Shown: piece after piece, positions 27,803-36,181 of the stretch | How positions within the stretch are numbered: the first letter of the stretch is position 1 | Layout of the letters: every line of letters begins with the position of its first letter | Assembly (NCBI GenBank): GCA_033763315.1 | Contig: JANRKS010000019.1 | Coordinates: 288,001 to 352,000 of the forward strand | Direction: 5' to 3' | Source of the DNA: Deltaproteobacteria bacterium | Lineage (GTDB): Bacteria > Myxococcota_A > Polyangia > Fen-1088 | DNA length: 64,000 nucleotides | Program-made: the position numbers and the translations under genes | Notes under the pieces: model-generated | What the model saw: only the letters and a program-made list of their open reading frames with translations | Told to the model about the DNA's origin: nothing | Databases searched by the model: none

Positions 27803-29443
27803 TTAGGGCGACTGGCGGGCACGCAACGGGATGCGGAACGCTAGCGGCTGGCCTTGGGCCCCGAATTGCGTGCTGCGCGCGATTTTCACGAGGCAGGCGC
27901 CAAGCGGCGTGGGGTTCAAACTTTCTGGCACCACCTTTGCCGTTTGCACGGCACCGCTGGGATCCGTTGAGAACGCCACCGCAATCTCTGGCACGCCTTG
28001 CACCTCCGCGGCATAGGTCTCGAAACATTTCTCGATGTTCGCCTGCCGCTTGCGCAAGGTGCGCGTCAGGGCCTCAGGGTCGGGTCCCGTGCGCTTGGGC
28101 GCGGGGGGACGAGGCTTCGCCACCACCGCTGTGGGGGTGGGTGGCGTGGGGGCGGGCGGGGGAGGCGCAGGCTCAGCAGGTTTTGCCTCAGTCTCAGGTT
28201 GCTTTTGCACCACAACAAAGGCGGGCTGTGTCGTAGCCGCGGGGGCGCTTCGCCTTTGCCACACAAATCCCAGGGCCCCGGCCGCCAATATGGCACCCGC
28301 GCCAATGCCTGCGAACACCAGCTTTGAAGCGGGTGCACGCTGCGGCTTGGGCTCGTACCTCGGCGTCTCGCGCGTGGCCGCCGAGGTTGATTCCGTCATG
28401 TCGGACTGAATGAGCGCGCGCAATTCTGTGGTGTTGGCGGAGCGCCAAGCGCTATCAAGCACAGACAGTGGTTCAAGCCCCAACCTGGCAGGCATATCGC
28501 CCACAAAGTCCCTTTGGATGTCCGCCACCAAACGCGCGTGCGCGGCGTCTTCGCCCTGGCGTCGGCACCATTTCAAGGCCTCGGCAAACTCAGCGGCTGA
28601 AGCGAATCGATTTTGCGGATCTTTCGCGAGAGCGCGCGCGATGACTGCATCGAGTTCCCGTCGTAGATCAGACCGGATGTGGCTGATGGGTGCGGGCTCG
28701 AACTCAGCGATGCGCTTCACGGTCTGCATCGAATTTTCGCCCTCGAACGGGTTGAAGCCCGCCAAGATCTTGTACAGCACCACGCCGGCGGCAAACACAT
28801 CGCTTTGCGCGGAAGCTTGGCCGCCGCGAAAAATCTCCGGCGACGTGTAGGCCGCTTTGCCTTTGAATTCGCCTTCACGCGTGCGGTACTCACCGGCGTC
28901 GTCAGAGAAACGCGCGATGCCAAAATCCAGAAGTTTTACGTGCCCTTCGGTGTCCAGCAATACGTTGCCTGGCGAAACGTCACGGTGAACCACTTCCAAG
29001 GCGTGTCCGTCTGAACGAACGAAGGTGTGAGCGTAGTGCAGCGCCTCAAGCACGCGGATCATCACCTGCAGCGCCACGTCGCCCGTGATGAGGCCGCCCG
29101 TCTCGCGCAGGAACCTGTGCCAAAGCCCAAGATCGTAACCACGCACGAACTCAAGCACCATCACGTACGCGCCATCCTCTTCACCGAAGTCGAGGATGTT
29201 CACGATGCCTGGGTGCTGCAGTTCAGAAAGAATGCGAGCCTCGCGCACAAACAAACCGGCCATGCGCGGGTTGGCCACCAAGTGCGGCAGGATGCGCTTA
29301 ATCACCACGGGTCGTGCAAAGCCCGCGGCGCCTTCGGTGCGGCCAAGGTAAAGCACACCCATGCCACCGTGGGCCAGCACGCGCACCACGCGGTAGCGCC
29401 CTAGAACGGCGCGGCCCAACATCGGGTCAGTGAGCGCCTTCAA
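27803..29443 (-). CDS. Ser/Thr protein kinase with TM, Pro-rich linker and C-terminal AgmX/TonB-C-like domain
   Basis: GGMGVLY, VVIKRI, HRDVSPGN, DFG, YTSPE; TM LVFAGIGAGAILAAGALGFVW; C-terminus IEKCFE..IAVAFSTDPSGAV..LGACLV..FRIP. Confidence 0.9.
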   Translation of the reverse strand: MKALTDPMLGRAVLGRYRVVRVLAHGGMGVLYLGRTEGAAGFARPVVIKRILPHLVANPRMAGLFVREARILSELQHPGIVNILDFGEEDGAYVMVLEFVRGYDLGLWHRFLRETGGLITGDVALQVMIRVLEALHYAHTFVRSDGHALEVVHRDVSPGNVLLDTEGHVKLLDFGIARFSDDAGEYRTREGEFKGKAAYTSPEIFRGGQASAQSDVFAAGVVLYKILAGFNPFEGENSMQTVKRIAEFEPAPISHIRSDLRRELDAVIARALAKDPQNRFASAAEFAEALKWCRRQGEDAAHARLVADIQRDFVGDMPARLGLEPLSVLDSAWRSANTTELRALIQSDMTESTSAATRETPRYEPKPQRAPASKLVFAGIGAGAILAAGALGFVWQRRSAPAATTQPAFVVVQKQPETEAKPAEPAPPPPAPTPPTPTAVVAKPRPPAPKRTGPDPEALTRTLRKRQANIEKCFETYAAEVQGVPEIAVAFSTDPSGAVQTAKVVPESLNPTPLGACLVKIARSTQFGAQGQPLAFRIPLRARQSP

Positions 29444-31368
29444 GGCATTCTCCCTGCGGATCGGCGCAAGTAATAGTGAATGCCGCGTTCTTTGTGCTCG
29501 AAGCGAATCGCAAGCGATCGGCGCTCAGCGGCTGAATGCACCTGACCCGCAAAACGAAGGTTTGGATCCAGGGGCAGGGGCGAGCCTGCCGCGGTCACCA
29601 CCCAACCTGGCAGCGCAGAGCCCGCCACTTCCACCGTGTCGCCCGCCTTGAATTGTTTGTTTTGAGGCGCTTTGACCACCGCCGCCGGTGCCGCGTTGTC
29701 GAATCGAATCTTGACGGTGGTCTCAGGTGAGGCCGCAGAGGGGGCGCCCACGACTTTGAAAACCATCGAGTGGTTGCCTTCGGGCAGCGATGCAGATTTG
29801 AACACGTATTTGGGCTTGTTTGTTGTGAAGGTTTTCGTCTTGTCGCCCGTTGTCACGGTCACTTGGTATGACGCCGCTTTCGGTGCGCGCGGCCACGACA
29901 GCCGCACCTCAGGCAGCAGGTTTTGATAGAGGATTGTGTACTTGCGGCCATCCGTATCCACCAAGGTTGCGGGGGCAAGTCTGGGCAAATCGGCCGTGCC
30001 TGGATCGCGGATGATCTGCACGCTGCCTGTGACATCGGGACTGCCCGGACAAGCGACGGCGTAGCGGTGAACACCGGGCTGCATGTTGGCAATCGCGGCG
30101 AGGTCAGCGGTGCGCGGCAAAATGAAACGGCTGGGACCCACGCGCAAGCGGCCGCCTTTGGTGCAGGTGCTCGGAAACTTCACTTGCACGGCTGTGGGTG
30201 GTGATGGGTCATGCACCACAAATGATTCGCCGGCCTCCACCAAAAGATCGGCCACATCGGGGCCGCGCCCGTCGACGCGCATGCGGCCTTGCGGATCCAG
30301 TGCCAACGTTTCGCCGGCCATAATTTCGTCGCTGCCACTGCCGGTTTGCACGGCCGCCATGCCTTCGCGCACGCGCACTTGCGTGCCCTTGGTTTTGTCC
30401 ACCGCGACGTCAGCCACGCTATCATTGGCGCGAACGGCGATGCTGCCGCCCGGCACAACGATCACCGTCTCGCCCGAAGCGCGGTCCACAGACACGCGTC
30501 CCACGTCGGCCTCCACTAAGCCTCGGTTGCCACCCACGCGAAAGACGCCGCGGCCATGCACGGTGGCCGCTTCATCGCCGCGCGCAACGTGCACGGTGGC
30601 CAACGCGGGCACATCGAATGTCCCCCCCGCGGCTACGGCATGTTTGCCAGGATCCAATGCGGCCCAGGCGTCGGTTTCGGTGGCGCGGTATTTTACGCGC
30701 TTGCCCCGCACCGTGGCGGCAATGTCACCCGTGGGTGCGGGCGCCAAAGGTGCAGGGGCAGCCACGGGCGGTGCCTCTTTGGCCACATCCACCAGTCGCT
30801 CGATTTGCGCTGTTTCAAGATCAACTTGAATGCGCTGGCCCGCCAGGACTTTGATGGGCTCCCCGTTTTCGGGAGTGAAGTTCGCTATGCCCACGGTCAC
30901 TTCGTAGCGGGTCCTTTTGCCTTCCTGCGAGACGATCATGCGTCCGCCAGGGTCCAAAACGGCCAGGCCCACGCTTGATCCCAAACGCAGGGGCGCCGCG
31001 CCCGCTTCGATCCACACTTGGCCCACCTCGACCTCGAAGTTGTGTTGGTCGGGCAACGCCGCCAAGAACCGCAGCACAGCCTTCTCTTGCACCGCCAACG
31101 CAGAGCCATCTGAAAGGGTCAGCCGCGCGCCGGCACCCGCCGAGGTTTTGATTCCGTCGCCCAGTCGAAACGTGTCGCCGCTCTGAGCGGGCTTCCAACC
31201 CTGTGGCTTGGCGGCCAAATCACGCGTCACCTCACCCGTTGTGGAAGCCAAGGTGGCCAGCACACCGGTGTTCTTGTCGCAACCTTTGCATGCGGTCACG
31301 CACATGCAGGCCACCAGCGCAAAGGCCGTCCAAGGTTTTCGCAAAAACCAAGCGGCCGCTGTGTTCAC
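29440..31368 (-). CDS. Lipoprotein with FecR-like domains and C-terminal Ig/FN3-like modules
   Basis: Lipobox VTAC; GDTFRLGDGIKTSAGAGARLTLSDGS, TQVRVREG, EIMAGE. Confidence 0.7.
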   Translation of the reverse strand: MNTAAAWFLRKPWTAFALVACMCVTACKGCDKNTGVLATLASTTGEVTRDLAAKPQGWKPAQSGDTFRLGDGIKTSAGAGARLTLSDGSALAVQEKAVLRFLAALPDQHNFEVEVGQVWIEAGAAPLRLGSSVGLAVLDPGGRMIVSQEGKRTRYEVTVGIANFTPENGEPIKVLAGQRIQVDLETAQIERLVDVAKEAPPVAAPAPLAPAPTGDIAATVRGKRVKYRATETDAWAALDPGKHAVAAGGTFDVPALATVHVARGDEAATVHGRGVFRVGGNRGLVEADVGRVSVDRASGETVIVVPGGSIAVRANDSVADVAVDKTKGTQVRVREGMAAVQTGSGSDEIMAGETLALDPQGRMRVDGRGPDVADLLVEAGESFVVHDPSPPTAVQVKFPSTCTKGGRLRVGPSRFILPRTADLAAIANMQPGVHRYAVACPGSPDVTGSVQIIRDPGTADLPRLAPATLVDTDGRKYTILYQNLLPEVRLSWPRAPKAASYQVTVTTGDKTKTFTTNKPKYVFKSASLPEGNHSMVFKVVGAPSAASPETTVKIRFDNAAPAAVVKAPQNKQFKAGDTVEVAGSALPGWVVTAAGSPLPLDPNLRFAGQVHSAAERRSLAIRFEHKERGIHYYLRRSAGRMP

Positions 31369-32705
31369 TTGTTGCCTCGCTCACGTCGCAAGTCTGCGTT
31401 GAGCACGGTCACGCCATTTTCTTCAATGCGCACTTCACGCGTTTGCGTGCGGAACCCTTTGGTGACGATCTGCACTTGGTAAGCGCCCGGTGGCACGTCC
31501 ACCGCAAATGCACCTTCCTCGTCTGTTTGCGCTTCGATGCCGATCGGCTCCACGCGCACCGTGGCGCGCAAGCCTTGGCCTTTCCAGGATCGAATCAAGC
31601 CGCGCAACTGTCCTGCGGGCGTCTCAGGCGCCGCTGGCTCTTGCACCACAGTCTTGGTTTCTTCGGTTTTTGCGGCCGTTTCGGGCTTAGGTGCCTCAGG
31701 CTCGGACGTTTTTGAGGAGTTGGTGGCAAAGTCTTTAGGCGCGTCTGTGGCTGCGCTTCCAAATGTATAAGCCAAGCCAAACCGCCCGCCGAAGCGAGGT
31801 TCGATCGGTACAAGCTTATCCGCCGCGCCAAGCTCGGGCCGCGCGCTTGGCGACGTTTCAAGCAACGCAAAGACTTGCCAATGGTTGTTGATGTTGTGGC
31901 GTACACCAGCCGTGGCCCGCATCGGCGATTGCGTAAGGCTTGGTCCCCCCAGCAGCAGATCGGCGGAGATTTCCGCCAACAAAGCTGTGGCGTTCAATTG
32001 ATACGCCAAACCAACGCCCAACAACGCCGCGTTGTAGTCCGACAGGCCCAAGGCCACGCGGTCCCCAGGCCGGGTCAGCGCCAAATTGGGAGCGGCTTTT
32101 GCGCTTCGGTCCAAGCGAAAGCCGCCAGCGCTGGCGAAGGTGAGGTTGCCACTTTGAAAGGCGAACCCAAGTTTCAGATCCACCACCGCGGCGTCGAAGG
32201 CCAGCGAAGGTGCTTCGCGGCCCGGCACACGCACGCCCAGCTCGCCGCTCCACGCACGCGCGCCACTCCAGCGCCCATAGCGCGCCGTCAGCGCAGGCTC
32301 ACCGTTGTAGCTGGTGTCCGCGCCTTGCGCGTCACTCGGGTGTCCGTCGCGTCTGCCATCAAGGCGCAGCCCAACGTCCAAGCCCGTCACCGGCGTGAAC
32401 CCCAGCGCCACGCTGCCCACGAGGCGGTGGTGCGAGCCGGCGGCCGCGCCTTGCGCTTCAGTGAGTCCGTAGCCCGTTCCCGCAGCGGCGGCCCAAGTGC
32501 CTCCCGTGCGTAAACCAGGCAGCCCCAAACGCACAATGCCCGTCAACGCCGATTCTGTGTTTCCCGCTGTCGTCACGGTCGACGGGGCCTCAACGGAGGC
32601 TTGCGCAGCCACAACATCCACGCCTTCTGCGGCGAACGCGGGGGCGGACAGCATGGCCACCAAAGCCACACCACATGCACTGCCTTGCGACGTTGCGATC
32701 TTCAT
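31365..32705 (-). CDS. Outer-membrane beta-barrel with C-terminal carboxypeptidase-regulatory-like domain
   Basis: Signal peptide; amphipathic strands ending RFGLAYTFG; low-complexity linker; GQLRGLIR..TDEEGAF..VPPGAY..GF. Confidence 0.7.
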   Translation of the reverse strand: MKIATSQGSACGVALVAMLSAPAFAAEGVDVVAAQASVEAPSTVTTAGNTESALTGIVRLGLPGLRTGGTWAAAAGTGYGLTEAQGAAAGSHHRLVGSVALGFTPVTGLDVGLRLDGRRDGHPSDAQGADTSYNGEPALTARYGRWSGARAWSGELGVRVPGREAPSLAFDAAVVDLKLGFAFQSGNLTFASAGGFRLDRSAKAAPNLALTRPGDRVALGLSDYNAALLGVGLAYQLNATALLAEISADLLLGGPSLTQSPMRATAGVRHNINNHWQVFALLETSPSARPELGAADKLVPIEPRFGGRFGLAYTFGSAATDAPKDFATNSSKTSEPEAPKPETAAKTEETKTVVQEPAAPETPAGQLRGLIRSWKGQGLRATVRVEPIGIEAQTDEEGAFAVDVPPGAYQVQIVTKGFRTQTREVRIEENGVTVLNADLRRERGNK

Positions 32706-32869
32706 TTGGTGCCCGCTATCCCTATGCGACGAGGGGGACCCAGCCCCCTGGAATTTCCTCGTCAGTTTGCGCCAAAGCTTGAACCACGTGTGACCTGGGT
32801 GGACTGGGACGCGTCGTCCGCCTGCGGGTGGGTAGGCACAGCGGGGATATCGTGATAGTTCGACCCACC

Positions 32870-34672
32870 ATGCTTTGCCTCGCGCTTCGATCGTTTCTTT
32901 GGGCCTCGTTGCTGGCACCCTTCATCACCGGCCAGCCTCAGGCCGCGAGCGCGGGGGCCGTTGCCGCGTTTGCGCCGGCCGAGGCGGCGCCCGGTACCTT
33001 TTGCACCGCCGCGCGGCTTGGCGATTTCACCTTGGACGCGCAGATGCCGGCCGCTGCGGGCCTTGAGCTTCTGATCAGAGCCAACCGCGACCTGCCGACC
33101 GACGCGTTCACCGCCACACGCATCGCGCTGCCTGCGGCAAACCACAAATCGCAGCTTCACGTGCAGGCCGCGATGGATCTTGTGAAGGTGATGATCGATG
33201 GCGCCGTCGTCGACGAACGGCGTGTGCCCACGGCCATGGCCGGCTTCTTCTGTGTGGTTTCGCCAGGCGCCCGCCAGCTGCCATTGCACAACGCGCGCAT
33301 CAAAGACGAGGGCAAGCGCACCTGGGTTTCGCTGTTCAACGGCAAATCCTTGGATGGCCTCGCTGCTTTGCAGGGAAAGTGGGACGTCAAGGACGGCGCT
33401 TTGGTTGGTCGCCCTGACGTCGCCAAAGGGTGGGGCGCCTTACGCGCTGATGTATCGGGCGAACAGGCCGTCGTTAAGGTGGTTTATCGGCTGAGGAATG
33501 CCAACGGCGGGCTGTATCCGCGCGCGATCCCCAAGGCCGACGTGCCCACGGCGGTCGTGGGTGTGCAGGCAGATTTGGACGTGGACAACACACGTAACGG
33601 CGCTTTGTTCGAGACGGGCGGACGTGGGCTCATCGCGGCTTCGAATAAAGGCGCGGGCGTTAAAGAGGGATGGAATGAAGCGATCGTATCCGCTCATGAG
33701 GGGCGTGTGTTTTCGTTCGTCAACGGCGTGCCGGTGGCCGACACCAAAGACGACACATGTGGCACGCCCGGTGTGCCTGCCATTGAGGTGTTTGGCCACG
33801 ACGATGCGCTGATCGAAATCAAAGAGTTTGCCGCGCTTTCAGAGCCCCTGGCCCCCGCGTTGCCAGGCGTCACCTTGGGTCTATGCACTTCTTTGAAAGG
33901 GGATGTTTTGAAGCAAACGCGTGACGTGGGCTTTGACTACGCCGAGGTTGCGGCAACCGAGGTGGCTGCCATGTCGCAGAGCGAGTTCGCCGCGGCCGTG
34001 CAAAGGGTAAAGGCGCTGGGCTTGCCCGTGCTGTCGGCAATCATATTCTTGCCCAGCGAGATGAAGGTGGCTGGGCCTGATGCCAATCCGGACGCGCAGA
34101 ACGCCTACCTCGACAAGCTCTTGCCTCGGCTGTCCCAGCTGGGTCTCAAGATGGTGGTGTTCGGCAGTGGCCGTTCGCGCCGCGTGCCCGATGGTTTCTC
34201 GAAAGAGGAAGCCTTTAAGCAAGTGGTGGATTTCGCGCGGCGGGCCGCCGAACGCGCCAAAGCGAACCGCATGTTGGTTGTGGTGGAGTCGCTACGCTCC
34301 GAAGAGACGAACATGATCAACACGGCTGCCGAGGCGTTGGCCTTGGTCAAAGCGGTGAATCACCCCAACTTCAAAATGCTGGTCGACTATTACCACATGG
34401 CCATGATGAAGGAAGACTTCGCCATCATCGTGAAGGCTGGGACAAAGAACATCGTGCACGTGCAGATGGCCAACCCCCAGGGGCGCTTTTACCCACAGTC
34501 AGACAACGAATCTGGCTACGCCACTTTTTTCGAGCGCCTGCGGCAAATTGGCTACAAGGGTGGGGTAAGCATCGAGGCCAAAGCCGAAAACCCCACCGCC
34601 GATGGCCACCGCGCCTTGGTTTACTTGCGCCGCGCCACCTCGGTTTTGTCTGGCAAAGCTGCGCCGCGCTGA
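32870..34672 (+). CDS. Secreted fusion: DUF1080 (3-keto-disaccharide hydrolase-like) + sugar phosphate isomerase/epimerase TIM barrel
   Basis: WVSLFNGKSLDG..W..KDG, NGGLY, GALF, GWN (DUF1080); GFDYAE, VVFGSG, VVESL, VDYYHM, HVQ, GY.G.VSIE (AP_endonuc_2 fold). Confidence 0.8.
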   Translation: MLCLALRSFLWASLLAPFITGQPQAASAGAVAAFAPAEAAPGTFCTAARLGDFTLDAQMPAAAGLELLIRANRDLPTDAFTATRIALPAANHKSQLHVQAAMDLVKVMIDGAVVDERRVPTAMAGFFCVVSPGARQLPLHNARIKDEGKRTWVSLFNGKSLDGLAALQGKWDVKDGALVGRPDVAKGWGALRADVSGEQAVVKVVYRLRNANGGLYPRAIPKADVPTAVVGVQADLDVDNTRNGALFETGGRGLIAASNKGAGVKEGWNEAIVSAHEGRVFSFVNGVPVADTKDDTCGTPGVPAIEVFGHDDALIEIKEFAALSEPLAPALPGVTLGLCTSLKGDVLKQTRDVGFDYAEVAATEVAAMSQSEFAAAVQRVKALGLPVLSAIIFLPSEMKVAGPDANPDAQNAYLDKLLPRLSQLGLKMVVFGSGRSRRVPDGFSKEEAFKQVVDFARRAAERAKANRMLVVVESLRSEETNMINTAAEALALVKAVNHPNFKMLVDYYHMAMMKEDFAIIVKAGTKNIVHVQMANPQGRFYPQSDNESGYATFFERLRQIGYKGGVSIEAKAENPTADGHRALVYLRRATSVLSGKAAPR

Positions 34673-34784
34673 AACCCCCGCGGCCCCGTCGCATCATAAT
34701 CGTGCCGTTCCCATTCTTTTCCTTGAGGATGGCTGCGCGGGATTGTAGATCTCGCGCCGCCGTGGAACCCACGCAAGCCTGACC

Positions 34785-35207
34785 ATGGCCAACGCCAAAC
34801 CCCATACCCAAGCCACTAGGTCCTGGATGTCGCGCCTAGGCGCGGGCCTGAGCGTGGCGTGTGCCATCCACTGCGCCTTAACACCTTTGCTGGTCGGCAT
34901 CTTGCCGCTGGTGGGGCTGAGCTTCTTGTCCGAAGAACGCACCGAGGCATGGATCGTGGGCGCCGTGGTTGTTTTGGCCATTGGCAGCGCCTTATGGGGG
35001 TTCAAGCGCCATGGGGCTTTACGTGCCGTGATGGCGTTCGTGGGCGCCGTGGGCTTGCTGTTGATGGGGCGTTGGTTGGGTGACGCTCACCCGTTGGGCG
35101 TGCCGCTGACGATTGCGGGCGGCGTGGCCATTGCGGGCGCACACTGGCTCAGCGCCCGTCTGTGCAAAACCTGCCCGAACCACGCGGGCGAAGCCCACCA
35201 ACACTGA
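34785..35207 (+). CDS. MerC-family membrane protein
   Basis: LSVACAIHCALTP, four TMs, AGAHW, C-terminal CKTC and His. Confidence 0.85.
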   Translation: MANAKPHTQATRSWMSRLGAGLSVACAIHCALTPLLVGILPLVGLSFLSEERTEAWIVGAVVVLAIGSALWGFKRHGALRAVMAFVGAVGLLLMGRWLGDAHPLGVPLTIAGGVAIAGAHWLSARLCKTCPNHAGEAHQH

Positions 35208-35302
35208 CCGTTCCGTCACGAAGTCCTGGATTCGCCAGGGTCACGCCGACTTACGGCAAGTGAACGTGAGCAGGCGGCCGGACTTCTGTTAAAAATGCAC
35301 GC

Positions 35303-36181
35303 ATGAACGTGCGCAACGTGGCAGTGGTGGGCGGGACCCATGGCAACGAATTCACCGGGGCCTACCTCATCAAGAAGTGGCAAGCGCAGGGGGCGGCCTT
35401 GGCGCGGCCAGGCTTGAATGTGGAATTGCTGCTGGCGAATCCGAAGGCGTTCGCGGCGTGCCGGCGTTACATCGACGAAGATCTCAATCGGTGCTTTTCA
35501 ATGGCCAAACTCGCGGAGCCCAACCCCGCCAGTTACGAGTCGATGCTGGCACAGCAGATCAACCGGACGCTGGGGCCCAAAGGCAACGCGCGCATGGACT
35601 TCATCATCGACATGCACACAGCCACGAGCCCCATGGGGACCAACTTGGTCTTCACGCACATGGACGCGTTCCATCTGCGCTTGGCTGCGTACATCAAAAC
35701 GCGTTTTCCCGAAACGGTGGTCACTTCGGAAGACGAACTGGTCAAGGATCAGTACTTTGTGAATTCGATCGCCAAAGGCAACGTCTTGGTCGAGGTGGGG
35801 CCGATCCCGCAAGGCTGCTTGCGAGCCGATTTTCTCGATCGCACCGAACGCGTTGTGTGCGCGATTTTAGATTACTTGGCGGACCCCACGATCGCGCGCA
35901 GCCTGCCGAGCTCGCTTGAGCTTTTTCACTACACCAAAGCGCTGTTCTTGCCCACCGACGCCGCCGGCAACATCACCGCGATGGTGCACCCTTCGCTCAT
36001 TGATCAGGCTTACCCCACGATCAAGCCGGGTGATCCGTTGTTCGTCACCTTCACGGGCGAAGTGATTCCGTACGACGGCGCTGAGCCAACGATGGCCGGG
36101 TTTGTGAACGAAGCCGCGTACTACGACAAGAAGCAGGCGATGTATTTGATGAGGCGCGAGACCGTGGCGGTGCCCGCTTAA
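35303..36181 (+). CDS. Aspartoacylase (AstE/AspA family)
   Basis: GGTHGNE, DEDLNRCF, IDMHT, VEVGP, FVNEAAYY. Confidence 0.9.
   Translation: MNVRNVAVVGGTHGNEFTGAYLIKKWQAQGAALARPGLNVELLLANPKAFAACRRYIDEDLNRCFSMAKLAEPNPASYESMLAQQINRTLGPKGNARMDFIIDMHTATSPMGTNLVFTHMDAFHLRLAAYIKTRFPETVVTSEDELVKDQYFVNSIAKGNVLVEVGPIPQGCLRADFLDRTERVVCAILDYLADPTIARSLPSSLELFHYTKALFLPTDAAGNITAMVHPSLIDQAYPTIKPGDPLFVTFTGEVIPYDGAEPTMAGFVNEAAYYDKKQAMYLMRRETVAVPA

Noticed and set aside
34785-35207. Mercury-resistance operon
   Set aside because: MerC-like gene is alone, with no merR, merA or merP; more likely a general metal-uptake membrane protein.
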